A stretch of 64,000 bases of DNA, from the NCBI RefSeq assembly GCF_009914755.1, contig NC_060940.1; one strand, written 5' to 3'. Origin of the DNA: the human T2T-CHM13v2.0 reference genome, Homo sapiens. Position numbers and translations under genes: made by a program. The notes under the pieces are model-generated. The model was not told the origin of the DNA, did not search any database, and saw nothing but the letters and a program-made list of their open reading frames with translations. Of this stretch, positions 22,158-36,190 are shown piece after piece; the stretch's first letter is position 1, and the number at the start of each line of letters is the position of its first letter.

Positions 22158-23140
22158 TAGTAGAGACGAGGTTTCACCGTGTTAACCAGGAGATGATCTC
22201 GATCTCCTGACCTCGTGATCCGCCTATCTTGGCTTCCCAAAGTGCTGGGATTACAGGCGTGAGCCAGCGCACCTAGCCTAAATTCATCTACTTTTAAGTA
22301 CCTATAAATAGCATAAAATCAAAAGGACCTTAGATAGAAAATGATTAATCCCTCATTCTCCCTATCTCAAGGTATGTGTAGTTCTGCAAACATTCCCATG
22401 CCACAGATTCTGCAATAATAATCTGAGTGGCTTTTCTTTTTTGAGATAAGGCACACATTCAGGAACTTGCTGTGCATGCGTAACAGCTACTATTTATCGG
22501 ATTCATACTATGTGCCAGGTACTGTTCTAAGCATCCTGTGTAGCTCCGCTCATTTCATCCTAACCCAGTGATATGAGGTGAGGTGCGTATAGTAGTCCCT
22601 CAAAACAAATGAGGAAACTGAAGTTTGGGGTTTAGTGAGATTACATAAGTTGCCTGAGATTACATAGTAAATGTCAGAGAAAAGTGGTTTTGAGGCTAGA
22701 GTCTTCTGCAATTGGTTATGAGTCTAGAATCTATGTCTCTTGAAATAGGAATGTCCAATGATCGTGCCATTGCACTTCAGCCTGGGCGACAGAGCAAGAC
22801 CCTATCTCAAAAACAAAAGAACAGGAATGCCTAAAACCACCAGAATGGTCCTAGGGAGCAAACAAGGCTTTCCAAACTGGACCTTGAGTGCTATGGGGTC
22901 GCTGGCTCTGCATCTGCCACGACAGCCTGTGGATCTGTCATCTTCCCTGGAATAAAATTTTTAAAAAAGGCCAGGCGTGGTGGCTCACGCCTGTAATCCC
23001 AGCACAGTGGGAGGCTAAGGCGGGCAGATCACTCGAGGTGAGGAATTTGAGACCAGCCTGGCCAACATGGTGAAACCCCGTCTCTACTAAAAATACAAAA
23101 ATTAGCCGGGCGTGGTGGTGGGCGCTTGTAATCCCGGCTA

Positions 23141-23275
<135 letters not shown>

Positions 23276-23549
23276 CTAAAATATCAGTACTCTTTTCACT
23301 TAGTCATCACAAACCCCTTTAATCCCATATTACCCTCTACTATCATGGTAGCCTCACCTTTGACGACAGACTAGCTGTGTGACCCAAGTAAATGACTTCA
23401 GTGCCACCACCTGTAGGAAGGGGCTGCTAATAGCATCTGCTTCATACTAACGTGTTTTCAGGATCGATCTGCATATAAACGCTCAATACACGGTAACTGA
23501 TTGTCACATTCTATCCCAGGACGCTTCCATTTGCGGATCTCATGGCCCG

Positions 23550-25250
23550 GAGGACCTGGGCCGCCTCACAACTGGGCAGCCCCGCTCACCGACACAAAGC
23601 CCACAACCGCGCCCAATAGGGAATCGGCCCTGCGGCCCTCCTGCCACTCGCCCCCAACTATCACAGTCCACGGCGGAGCTGGAGGCAGATCCCGCCCTTG
23701 CAGGGCTGGGTAAGAGACTGAAACTTGGAGAATGAACTGCAGGCGCTGCACATCTCGGGCAGATTTAAAATTCGGTCTAAAATCGGAAGCAGGTGCCGCG
23801 AACCCAGACCCGAGCGCTCCTCTGGGACGTCCAGCCGCAGAAGCGAGCCCAAAGCCCAGCAGGGTTCTCCGCGGGACTCGGGGTTTCAGAACCGCCGGGC
23901 TCTTGGGCGCTCGCCCAGGGCGCACGCGCAGTCGCGAGGCCGCGCCGCGGACTGCATCTCCCAGCAGGCCCCGCGCAGCAGGCCACGCGGCGCCACTGAC
24001 TGGGCGGGCGGCTAGCTCCCTGGCCTCCCCGACATGCCGAGGAGCCCCTGGCTTCCGGAGCCGACGAGGCCGCAGGGGCCAATGGGACCATCTTCAGCCA
24101 GCCCAGAGTAGCCGAAGCGGGTGGGGCCTGGCTTGGGAAAGGATTCATCCGGGGAAGCTGATTAACAATTCAGATTTCCGGGTCTCACCCCGACACTGAC
24201 GCACTGGAGAGCGCGTGGCCCTGGGATCTGCGTTTTCCCAAGCGCTCCGGAGTAATTCTAACCCAGGTTGCCCGCCAGTCACAACGACCTCAGGCTTGTT
24301 TTCTTCGCTTGGATCCAGCTGCCCTGCCCCCAGTCACTCCCAGAATTTCAGGGCGCGCCCCGTGGCCCCGCCTCTCGTCTCCAATTGGTCCCTCGCTCAT
24401 CCAGTCCCCGTAGGCAAATCTTCCCTTCTCATTGGTAGGCGGTGAGTGTGTGGAGAAACCTGACCTAATGGGCGCTGGAGTTCGCAAAACGTGACCCGGA
24501 AATTGGTCACGAGCAGGCGCCGTGGGCTTGTGGACGCCTAACTTGCGCGCTGAGATTTCCGGCGTGGGAGCAGAGGTCTGAGTCTTGCGTGGGTCCTCTA
24601 TATAGGGTGAGAAGCGTGGCGCTCGGTTCCTGCCTCGGGGAAGTCCTGGCGCAGATGGGCCACGGGGCCGGCGTGGCGGCGCCTGGGACCGACTGAGGCC
24701 TAGGCGCCGGAGCCGGCCGCGCCTGGGCTGGAGCGGGGCTCCTCGGCCTGGACTGGGAGCCCCCGGCCCCGGGCTCCTGCTGGCGCCGTCCAACCTTACA
24801 TGGGTTCAGGGCGCCTTCGTAGGCGGGCACGGCTGGTTTCGGGCTAAGGCGCTCTGGAGACCTGACGATGGCGTCGGGCCCGGGCTCCCAGGAACGGGAA
24901 GGGCTCCTGATAGTGAAGCTGGAGGAGGACTGCGCCTGGAGCCAGGAGCTGCCCCCACCTGACCCAGGACCGAGCCCCGAGGCCTCCCACTTGCGCTTCA
25001 GACGGTTCCGCTTCCAAGAGGCAGCTGGTCCCCGGGAAGCCCTCAGCCGGCTCCAAGAGCTTTGCCATGGGTGGCTTCGGCCTGAGATGCGCACGAAGGA
25101 GCAGATCTTGGAGCTGCTGGTGTTAGAGCAGTTCCTGACCATCCTGCCCCAGGAGATCCAGAGCAGGGTGCAGGAGCTGCATCCGGAGAGCGGCGAAGAA
25201 GCGGTGACCCTTGTGGAGGATATGCAGAGAGAGCTTGGGAGACTGAGACA
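23550..25250. promoter_or_regulatory. ZNF263 CpG-island promoter, possibly bidirectional
   Basis: CpG-rich. ZNF143-type GACTGCATCTCCCAGCAGGC (~23950), NRF1-like GCGCACGCGC (~23920), CCAAT boxes (24381, 24431), ETS CCGGAA (~24497). Confidence 0.9.
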
Positions 25251-25254
25251 ACAG
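24868..25254 (+). CDS. ZNF263: ZNF263 coding exon 1 (ATG, SCAN domain)
   Basis: [22 protein letters not shown]...[52 protein letters not shown] is a canonical SCAN box. Donor CAG|gtgaga at 25254/25255; 387 nt, phase 0. Confidence 0.97.
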
Positions 25255-26107
25255 GTGAGAGAGAGAGAGAGCTGTTTTATCTGTGGTTTGTTTAGCCCTG
25301 AGCACTGGGACATTGCGCCCCCGGTCGAATTCAAGTAAATTGCCCTGAGTAGACCTTACGTGGGGAAGAGGACTTGTGATTTAACCTGGAACACTCATCC
25401 TCCAGATTTTCCCCCAAATGAACGAAAGCAGTGAAGAGTGCCCTGTTTCCACGCGGAGGCGGTGTCCCTGCAACAGTTAGTGTTAGCCATGGAGTTAGAT
25501 CGCCAGCGTTCAAATCCTCAATCTGCTAGTACTAGCTTTGTTACTTTGGCAAGTTACTTGATCTCTTTCGGCCTGTTTTCCTATTCGTAAAATGAGGATA
25601 TTAACATACTTTCTAGGGCTTAGAGGGAGAGCAGCATGTAAAGTTGTGAACACTACTAGCTTATGAGTGCTTAGTACTTGTTACCTGTTGTTATGTTAGG
25701 GTCCACGGTCTGGTCTTCTCTGCAAAGCTGGGCCTCCGTTAATTGTGAACTTTGAAAGATAATTTGGCACCGAGGCCCTGAGGTCATTGGTCCCCAGGGC
25801 TACCCCAATTTAGCCTATCCTATAGTGAGGAATAGAAGCACCTAGAAAAGGTGGGGAGAGCAAAAGGGAGTGAGGTGTATCTTAAGAGCTGTGTGGGGAA
25901 GGTGTGCTCTGGGAGTGGGCCCTTTCCCTAACCCCTCCCCCTGCACATGGGATCAAAAAAGCCTTTAGTGTAAACCATTTTTCTGTTACCTGGGCCCAAA
26001 GGGATCGCCTGAGGTTCTCTGTTGAAGGTTTGCTCTCAGTATCCTATACTAATTTCCCTTCCTCTTGGGCCCTGTTGTGATGATGAGTGATGTGGGTTGG
26101 TTCCCAG

Positions 26108-26288
26108 GTCACAAACCATGGGCGGGGAACAGAAGTGCTTTTGGAGGAGCCTTTGCCTCTGGAAACAGCACGAGAGTCACCGAGCTTCAAGCTGGAGCCA
26201 ATGGAGACTGAGCGAAGCCCTGGCCCCAGGCTGCAGGAGCTGCTAGGCCCCAGCCCCCAAAGGGACCCCCAGGCTGTAAAGGAGAGGG
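26108..26288 (+). CDS. ZNF263: ZNF263 coding exon 2
   Basis: Acceptor ttcccag|GTC, donor G|gtgagg; 181 nt, VTNHGRG...VKER, in frame with exon 1. Confidence 0.93.
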
Positions 26289-26729
26289 GTGAGGCACAGT
26301 TATCTGGGCAGGTGGGAGGGAGGAGGGGCTTGGGGGTTGCCCCCGACACTAGCTGGATGTAGCAATGATGCGAAGGAGAAGGAATTTCTGAAGATCAGGT
26401 TCTCACCTGTGGAATGAAAGACCTGCAGTTGGTGGTGTGGGTTCTCCTGGGGCTGGGGGAAGGGAAGGGAGTCTCAGTAGAGCCCTTTTTTATGCAGAAC
26501 AGAGGCGATTTAGAACCACTTGAATGACGCAGGGTTTGGAGTGCTACTCTTGGTACTCCTTCCCTCTCACCCTGTCATTTTGGATATCAGCTGATTAGGC
26601 CTCTGTGCAGTTTAGCGTCATTCCCAAAAGCAGAGGCTGGGTGTTGGGGAATGGATACTGTGTTTTAATAATCCTTGGGTTGCCAAGAGTTAGGAATGCC
26701 ATTCTCATTATAATTTCTGTCACCTTCAG

Positions 26730-26803
26730 CATTATCTGCTCCCTGGCTTTCTCTTTTTCCTCCTGAAGGGAACATGGAAGACAAGGAGATGACTGGGCCC
26801 CAG
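26730..26803 (+). CDS. ZNF263: ZNF263 coding exon 3
   Basis: Acceptor caccttcag|C, donor CAG|gtgatg; 74 nt, (A)LSAPWLSLFPPEGNMEDKEMTGPQ; restores phase 0. Confidence 0.9.
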
Positions 26804-27071
26804 GTGATGTGGAAGTTTCCATTGTCTCCCCCCAGCACCCTTCCTCCCCTGAGTGTTGGGGGTGGGGGTTCTCCATGTGGAAGGTCCTTTGTCCCTTACC
26901 ACAGCGTCTCCCCCACTGCTTTGTCTATTTCACACCTCACTTGGAGGCCTGATACCCTTCTTCCCCCCTGACATGTGCTTGGCATCCCTGGATTTTGCCC
27001 CTTTAACCCATGACTCTGCTTGAATTGTTCTTGGTGCATCAGGGGCTAAAGGAGATCTTGTGCTGTTTCAG

Positions 27072-27198
27072 TTGCCTGAGAGCTTAGAGGACGTGGCAAT
27101 GTACATCTCCCAGGAGGAGTGGGGGCATCAGGATCCTAGTAAGAGGGCCCTCTCCAGGGACACGGTGCAGGAGAGTTATGAGAATGTGGACTCACTGG
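27072..27198 (+). CDS. ZNF263: ZNF263 coding exon 4 (divergent KRAB-A)
   Basis: 127-nt exon, the canonical KRAB-A size: LPESLEDVAMYISQEEWGHQDPSKRALSRDTVQESYENVDSL; tttcag| and |gtaagg. Confidence 0.95.
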
Positions 27199-27994
27199 GT
27201 AAGGACTTCTTTTCCAGGGATGATGACTGCGCCATTTCTGACCAGGGTCCTGCCCGTTATTCATTCACCTCCTGGACACAGACTCTGAGTTTTGCCAAGA
27301 AGCCTCCACAGGAGACTTCCCTTTGTCTAAAGTCCCCTGTACGAGAGTCATGTATCTGCCAAGTGGTACAGTTGGCACAGGCAGCCCGGGACTGGAGTCC
27401 CAGCTGCCAGAGCCTAAGGCGAGTCTGAGCCATGTGCACTTCCTAGGGCAGAGCAAACCCAATGCGGTGACAACCTGCCAGCATCACACACATGCAGTAT
27501 TCCAGGATGCTGGGGGGCTCTAAATGGTTGATTCCTTGCAATTTTCAGATGCTTATTCTTATGAGCTCGCCAGTGTTTCCTGTGTTCCGTTAGTGTTTCT
27601 AGGCTCGTCCCCAAAGACAAAAATTTCAGGGGTAGTAGGATCAACATTCCAGCCTATCATCTCTCACAGCCCATAAAAATTCAGAAAGTGGGGAGGGTCT
27701 TGTGGAAATTTGGAAACAATGTATAGCTCCAAAGTAGGCCATATCATAAATTAAGATTTACCTATGTCTTGTACTGTACTCAGAGTTTTAAAATTATGCC
27801 TACGGAATATGACAGACTGACATATAGTTGGATTTAGGTGGAGGATATGCTTGTATTTATTGTACAATTCCCTCAACTTTTCTGTATGTATGAGAATTCT
27901 TTTAATAAAAAGTTGGGGAAGTCTTAACATAAAACAAGACTGTGTGTACATTATGATTATACCTATGTTGAAACACACCAGTAGAAAGACTCAC

Positions 27995-28570
<576 letters not shown>

Positions 28571-28966
28571 GTTTCCATATTACTTTTCACTGCTGTGATG
28601 TCCAAAGTTGAACATGGCCCTTTTAGTGAGAGATGCTAAATAGGAAAAGATCAGATTACAGCTTGTTGGAATTAAACTTCTGTTGGAGTCCATGTTTGCT
28701 GGAGGTGGAGGTTTTTGTTTTTCTTTTTGGCACAGCATAGAAATGGCACTTGTGGGTTTTAATCTCATGGTCCTCTTAGAGCCCTGGGTCCTTTTCTGAT
28801 TGTCTATTATGTTATATTTTCTTTCCCTGGAGTTGTCCGGTCAAATTTAGTTCTATTTTGTATTTATATGTAGAGACAAGGCCCTTTTATGATATTAAAT
28901 GGATTATTCAAGGAACTGACCATGTTCATTTTATAGTTATTTCAATTACAGTAGTGTACATTCTCA

Positions 28967-29339
<373 letters not shown>

Positions 29340-29502
29340 CTAGAGGTATCCACTGGGAACAGTTTGTGTATATTCCAAGTAACTGCTGTCAGATTTATGG
29401 AGCATTCTGTATTTATCCACTGAGGGCAGGGAACAAGACTGTTTCCCTACCCTGGTAGAGGAAAGTGGCAGTACAGAAATCTGTTTCTTTCATTGTGAAC
29501 AG

Positions 29503-29619
29503 AGTCTCACATTCCCAGTCAGGAGGTCCCAGGCACCCAGGTGGGACAAGGAGGAAAGCTATGGGATCCCAGTGTCCAGAGCTGCAAGGAGGGCCTGAGC
29601 CCCAGAGGCCCAGCTCCAG
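29503..29619 (+). CDS. ZNF263: ZNF263 coding exon 5 (KRAB-B position)
   Basis: Acceptor gtgaacag|, donor CCAG|gtaagg; 117 nt, phase 1-1, [26 protein letters not shown]... Confidence 0.9.
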
Positions 29620-29689
29620 GTAAGGAATGAAGACAAGTGGCCTGCGCAGCAAGCAGCAAGGCTCTTGCAGTTAAGAGTGAGGCATTTTT

Positions 29690-29990
<301 letters not shown>

Positions 29991-30441
29991 AGAGTAAGGC
30001 ATTTGAGGATTTGGGTGCAGGGCCGGCCCAGCACAGCTGCTAGAGAGGTACATTACGTCCTTTGACCCTGCCATTCTCCATCCCAGTGAGGCAAGTGAGG
30101 AACCCAGGGTGCAGAGTTCAAGGAGGCCCTTATTCTTGAGCTTACTTGTCCCACCCTACTCTCAGCCCTGCTCCATCCCACCCATTCCTGAAGGGCAGAA
30201 TCGAGAGGCTCAGGTGGAAAGGAAAATTCTAAGACTGGTCTCGGCTCTGATTCCTTGACCAGTGGCCCGACCCTTTATCCTGATGCTTCTCCAGAGTGCT
30301 TTACCTTTAGGAGAGGATGGGATTCTGAGGTAGAAGCAGCCCTTCTGGGCTGCTGACCTAACAGGCAGCGGCAGACAGGTGGGATTTTCTTTTCTCCAGC
30401 ATAGAAATAATGTACGGGTTTGGTTTCTCTCTCTCTACCAG

Positions 30442-31607
30442 GAGAAGAGAAATTTGAGAACCTGGAAGGTGTTCCGTCTGTATGCTCTGAGAACATCCAC
30501 CCTCAGGTGCTGCTTCCTGACCAGGCCCGAGGGGAGGTGCCCTGGAGTCCTGAGCTGGGAAGACCTCATGACCGGTCGCAAGGGGATTGGGCGCCTCCCC
30601 CAGAGGGTGGAATGGAGCAGGCCTTGGCAGGAGCCTCAAGTGGCAGAGAACTGGGGCGACCGAAGGAACTGCAGCCAAAGAAACTCCATTTATGTCCCTT
30701 GTGTGGCAAAAATTTCTCTAACAACTCAAACCTAATTAGGCACCAGAGAATACATGCAGCTGAAAGACTGTGTATGGGTGTGGACTGCACTGAAATCTTT
30801 GGTGGGAACCCACGTTTCCTGTCACTACACAGAGCACACCTGGGAGAGGAGGCCCACAAGTGCCTTGAATGTGGGAAATGCTTCAGTCAGAACACCCATC
30901 TGACTCGCCACCAACGCACCCACACGGGTGAGAAGCCCTATCAGTGCAACATTTGCGGAAAATGTTTCTCCTGCAACTCCAACCTCCACAGGCACCAGAG
31001 AACGCACACTGGGGAGAAGCCCTACAAGTGCCCTGAGTGTGGGGAGATCTTTGCTCACAGTTCCAACCTCCTTCGGCACCAGAGAATTCACACTGGAGAG
31101 CGACCTTATAAGTGTCCCGAGTGTGGGAAAAGTTTCTCTCGGAGTTCACACCTCGTCATTCACGAAAGAACTCATGAGAGAGAGAGACTTTACCCCTTCT
31201 CTGAGTGTGGGGAAGCTGTGAGTGACAGCACCCCCTTTCTTACAAACCATGGAGCCCATAAGGCAGAGAAGAAGCTCTTTGAATGTTTGACTTGTGGGAA
31301 AAGCTTCCGGCAGGGCATGCACCTCACCAGACATCAGAGAACACACACAGGAGAGAAACCGTATAAATGTACCCTTTGTGGGGAAAACTTCTCTCATAGA
31401 TCCAATTTAATCAGGCACCAGAGAATCCACACAGGAGAAAAACCCTATACCTGTCATGAGTGCGGAGACAGCTTCTCTCACAGCTCCAATCGGATTCGCC
31501 ACCTGAGAACGCATACGGGAGAGAGACCCTATAAATGTTCTGAATGTGGAGAAAGCTTCTCTCGGAGTTCCCGTCTTATGAGTCATCAGAGAACTCACAC
31601 AGGTTAG
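30442..31607 (+). CDS. ZNF263: ZNF263 last coding exon, 9 C2H2 zinc fingers
   Basis: Acceptor ctctctaccag|. Nine CxxC-12-HxxxH fingers with TGEKP/TGERP linkers; TAG at 31605-31607. Exon sum 387+181+74+127+117+1166=2052 nt = 683 aa. Confidence 0.97.
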
Positions 31608-32484
31608 TAACAGTGGGGTTTCTCTTTGCCCCAGGTGAGGTGGCATATTCAGAGGAGCCTGTTGGCAAGAGCTGGTATTCCCTGCCCAGCCGACCAAATG
31701 ACCTCTGCATTCTTCAGGTAATGGGGGCTCATTGTGAGGGAGGTGCAGAGGCAGCAGAGGATTGGCATAAAACTGAAAAGGAGTTCTGTCTGCATGAGAA
31801 AGGATGGCAAGTCTCTGAGGTGACCTCAGGGTGGAATTCTCTGTTAAGTCCACCCTGCCCCAGGGTGCTCCTACCCTCTTGGTCTTTTTAAAGCCAAGGT
31901 GCGATTTGGGCACCTGACTGTCCAGTTTACCTTAACAAGTTTGGGAATCCATGTGATGTTTTTGATACTTCTTCCTCATTTGGGACATTCAGTAGGAGCA
32001 TTTGGGCTTCCGGGGCCCCTGAGACCAAAGAAGAGGGGCCAAGTACCCTGGGAAATCAGCTGAAGGTCAACAAAAGACTGGTTGTGAGTTGCAGCTGTCC
32101 CGAAGGCCCCAGTTGGGAAGCCATGGGCAGTCCAGATCAAGCCACCACGTGCCCTACGATGGCCTAACAGGAGTGCCCATTGGCAGATTACACATGTAAA
32201 TATGACCTCAGACAAAAAGGAACCAGAGGCCCAAGGGCAATAATAAGGTGGAATTTGCAGGTCAGCCCAGGAATTGGCAGAGGAAGTAGGTGTCTGATAA
32301 CCCTTTGTGGAGAATGAGATTCCCCCCACCTGTGTGAGAAAAATAAACAGCTCTGGAGTCTTGTTCCTGACTCCAGAGGAACGAGAGCATTCCAGGAAAG
32401 AGAGATTCCCTGGAAAATTGAAAATGTGAATCCTAGGGGGAAATTGGGGATTGTGTCTTTCCCTGTTGAAAATGTTTGGATGGG

Positions 32485-32490
32485 AATAAA
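32485..32490 (+). terminator. Probable ZNF263 polyadenylation signal AATAAA (another at ~32342)
   Basis: AATAAA ~880 nt after the stop codon, followed by GT-rich sequence. Confidence 0.6.
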
Positions 32491-34130
32491 TATCTTCAGG
32501 AAACATAAATGTCTGTGAGTCTTCAATGAAAGCCTCTGTCTAGACCCCCGAGTGTTGATCTGTCTCCCCTCTGCCTTGGTCAGAGGCCCTGCTTTCTCAT
32601 AGACTTACTGGGTTGGTCAGGAAGATGCTGACAAAGGAGGCAGCAGACAGGCAGAGGCAGGTGAGGGCCTGGCAGCCTCCAGGCTGGGACTGCCATGTGG
32701 TAACAAAGGGTCAAGCCAAATGGCTGCTGGGGTGATGCTGTCATAGGGTCTCTAGAAAGTATTCTTTCCTTCTGTGGTCTATAGCAGTAAAAATGTTTTC
32801 AATTCTTTGTTTAGAATGTTTACATTCTTACTCAGTAGCTGAGGAAGATCTGACTCTTAGAGAACAGGATATTTTGGTCTTGCAACTGATTTCCAGGGTG
32901 GAAGTTAAGATGGTCCCAGTATAACTGAGTTATTGATTATTAATGGTAGGAAGATATAGGAGATGGCGCAATTATTAAGGGAAAGCATTATATTTATTTT
33001 TTGGTAGAGGTGGGGTCTCACTATTTGCCCAGGCTGGTCTTGAGTTCCCGAGCTCAAGCCTTCTTCCCATCTTGGCCTCTCAAAGTGCTGGGATTACTAG
33101 CATTGCATTTTAGAATGGCATATCAGAAATAGGAATTCTAGTAGTGTGTATCTGTGGGAAACGGGGGAGTATTCTAAGAGTAGGAAATCGGATGCCAGGA
33201 AAACACCTCAGGATACAGCCCCGGAGGAAGGTATCCAGCTGTTCTTCGGGTGAAAAAGATGAAGAAACAGTCCTTTGGGAACAGGCTGATGGATATAGCA
33301 ACTTGAAGTCATGGAAACAGCGCTCCATTGATCCTTCTCTCAGCCCTGCCTCAGTTTAGTATGTGTTTTTCTTTGGTTGTCTGAGCCAGTTTTTTAATAT
33401 CTCACTATTTCTCATTTCTGTAACTTCCTCTTAATCAGCTTGTTCACAGGAGGAGGGCAGTGGTGGTGTGGGGGTTGAGGGCAGGGAAGTGGAGGGTTAG
33501 GATTAGAGAGATCAGAGTAGGATCAACAGTGGTAGGAGCAGGACCACACTCCAGTGGAGCAGTGCAGGGCCAGCCAGGCTGCTGATGTCATGAATTGGAT
33601 GGAATGTAAAGCTGGTGTTCCTACAAAGCACTCTGGTTAAGATGGCAGTTTATGTGGACAGAGACTGGAAAGCGCCCCTTCCATCTACTCTCCCTCCCTT
33701 GGTAACATCACCCACACAGATCTTATGATGTGGTCCAACTGGTGCTGCTCATACTTGGAACACTGCAGCTTGAAGCTGGGAAATGACTCTCAGGTATTTG
33801 CCATAAAAAGGCATTCCATTGGAACGCTTCACTCAAATCTTCAGTCTAGTTCCCCTTCTAGTAAACTTCACATGCTTAGCTGTTCTTGGCCTGTTTTAAT
33901 GAGATGACATCACAGAAAATAACTACATAAAGCAGCACTATGCCTGGCATGTAAGAAAGTGCCAACTGTCGACAGATGATCCAAAAGATTTCCTTCTAAG
34001 CATCTAACACTGACTGAGGTCACTGAAGACCACACTGGCAGGAATTTCAGGGACTGATGACATCTCCTTCCCTTGTACTCATGTTTGAGAGAGTAGGTCT
34101 GATTCCCTTACTGCAGGCCCCCATGAGGTC

Positions 34131-34491
34131 TGATACGGTTCGGCTCTGTGTCCCCACGCAAATCTCATCTCTAATTGTTATCCCCATGTGTCAAGGGAGG
34201 GACCTGGTGGGAAGTGCTTGCATCATGGGGACGGTTTTCCCCTATGCTGTTCTCCTGATACTGAATTCTCCCGAGAGCTGATGGTTTTAAAAGTGTAACA
34301 GTTCCCCCTTCACTTGCGTGCTTGCTTGTTCTCTCTTGCCACCTTGTGAAGAAGGTACCTACTTCCCCTTTGCCTTCCGCCATAATTGTAAGTTTCTTGA
34401 GGCCTCCCCAGCCACACAGAACTGAGTCAATTAAACCTCTTTTGTTTGTAAATTACGCAGTCTCTGTATCTTTATAGCAGTGTGAGAACTA
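34131..34491 (+). mobile_element. THE1/MST-family MaLR solo LTR (THE1D-like)
   Basis: tgatacggttcggctctgtgtccccac...aaatctcatc...caattaaacctctttt...tttatagcagtgtgagaac. Confidence 0.85.
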
Positions 34492-34809
34492 GGTCACTGC
34501 AAGAGATGTCCAAGTTAGTGCTTTTTCACATTAATACTTTGCCCACTAGGGCTCTTGTAAAAGAAGCCAAAACAGTTTGAGTGGCTTTTATGTCACAGGG
34601 AGACTAACCCTGGGACAATAAGGACCTCTAGCCTCTAAGTCCAAATGGGTGCAAAGAGGTCTTGGGAGATGTGGAGTGACCCTGAGCAGCAGCCACACAT
34701 CCTTAGCAAAGGTAGCACATGAAACCAGCAGGGAGGCTGGTGGGTGAGAACCAGTGCCACATCTAAGCCCTGTGAAAAGGCCTGGCAGCGTCAGGCTGGG
34801 GAGCAATGA

Positions 34810-35273
<464 letters not shown>

Positions 35274-35949
35274 TAGACTCAGCACTTTTTAAAGAAGAGT
35301 GATTCATTACATTAACTGATACTACTTTGGAATGTGCAAAATCACCACTGCTTTAAAACTTGTAATTTTTTCTAAGTGTTTCACAAGCATTTGAAACAAC
35401 TAAGTCACGTAAAGTGTCTTAATGTGTGTTACAGGAAAACCAACTAGCAAATTTCTTAGCACTAGGAGACTTAATTTTGGAGGTCAGGAACTCAGGAATA
35501 GCTAGATGAATTCAAGCAAAATGCATTTATTTATTTATTTATTTATTTGAAATATTTTCTTTTACTCTTCAGTCTAGCTTGCAAGCACTCCCAATTATTG
35601 ACTTCTGTTCTTGAAAGGGCGGTTAATATTTCCTTCCCATCATATACTTTTTAATAAGACCAGCTAAACCTTGCCTGAGTGGTACAGTGAAGAGGCACTG
35701 GGAATGATCTAGGTTAAGTTCAACAACGACAAAATGGTTGAGGAAAAATGACTCAGATCACAAAAAAATTCTGATCTCCCAGTTAATGTTATTGCTCTCA
35801 ATTAGCTTACAGAGACACCTTAAATGTCTCAAAAGATTCTGTCAGAAATCCGGTGGCTCTCAAGCATCCCCAACGTGCTCCAAGGAGAGTAGTATTTCTC
35901 CAGGCAGCGAGAACGGGAAAGAAAAACATTAAGGAGTATCGTTCTGAAG

Positions 35950-36190
35950 TCCAGCGTATGTTTTTGGACATCATGAGGAATTGCTTGCCCTCCATTCCGT
36001 TCAGGGAGGCCAGTTCCCCACTCCCGAGGTGCTGCTGCCCTTGAGGGAGTTCTCGGCTCTCCTGGGCCTCCCGGCAGGAGTCCAGCCCCAGCACCCGGCG
36101 CAAGTGTGAGTGCCTGGACTTCTCGGAGAAGTTCCTATCCCCAGGAGTGATTTGCAGAACCAGAGACTCCCTTTTCAGGCTTGGGCAAAG
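35950..36190 (-). pseudogene. Decayed SCAN-domain remnant downstream of the orphan CpG island
   Basis: HSWG*E (36132-36149), then SHLRR...CREAQESRELPQGQQHL aligning with SCAN SHLRF...[17 protein letters not shown], then KQFLMM (35969-35986) resembling EQFLTI. Confidence 0.5.

Noticed and set aside
24290-25334. Antisense ORFs (275 aa, 167 aa) over ZNF263 exon 1
   Set aside because: Shadow ORFs of a GC-rich coding exon and CpG island.
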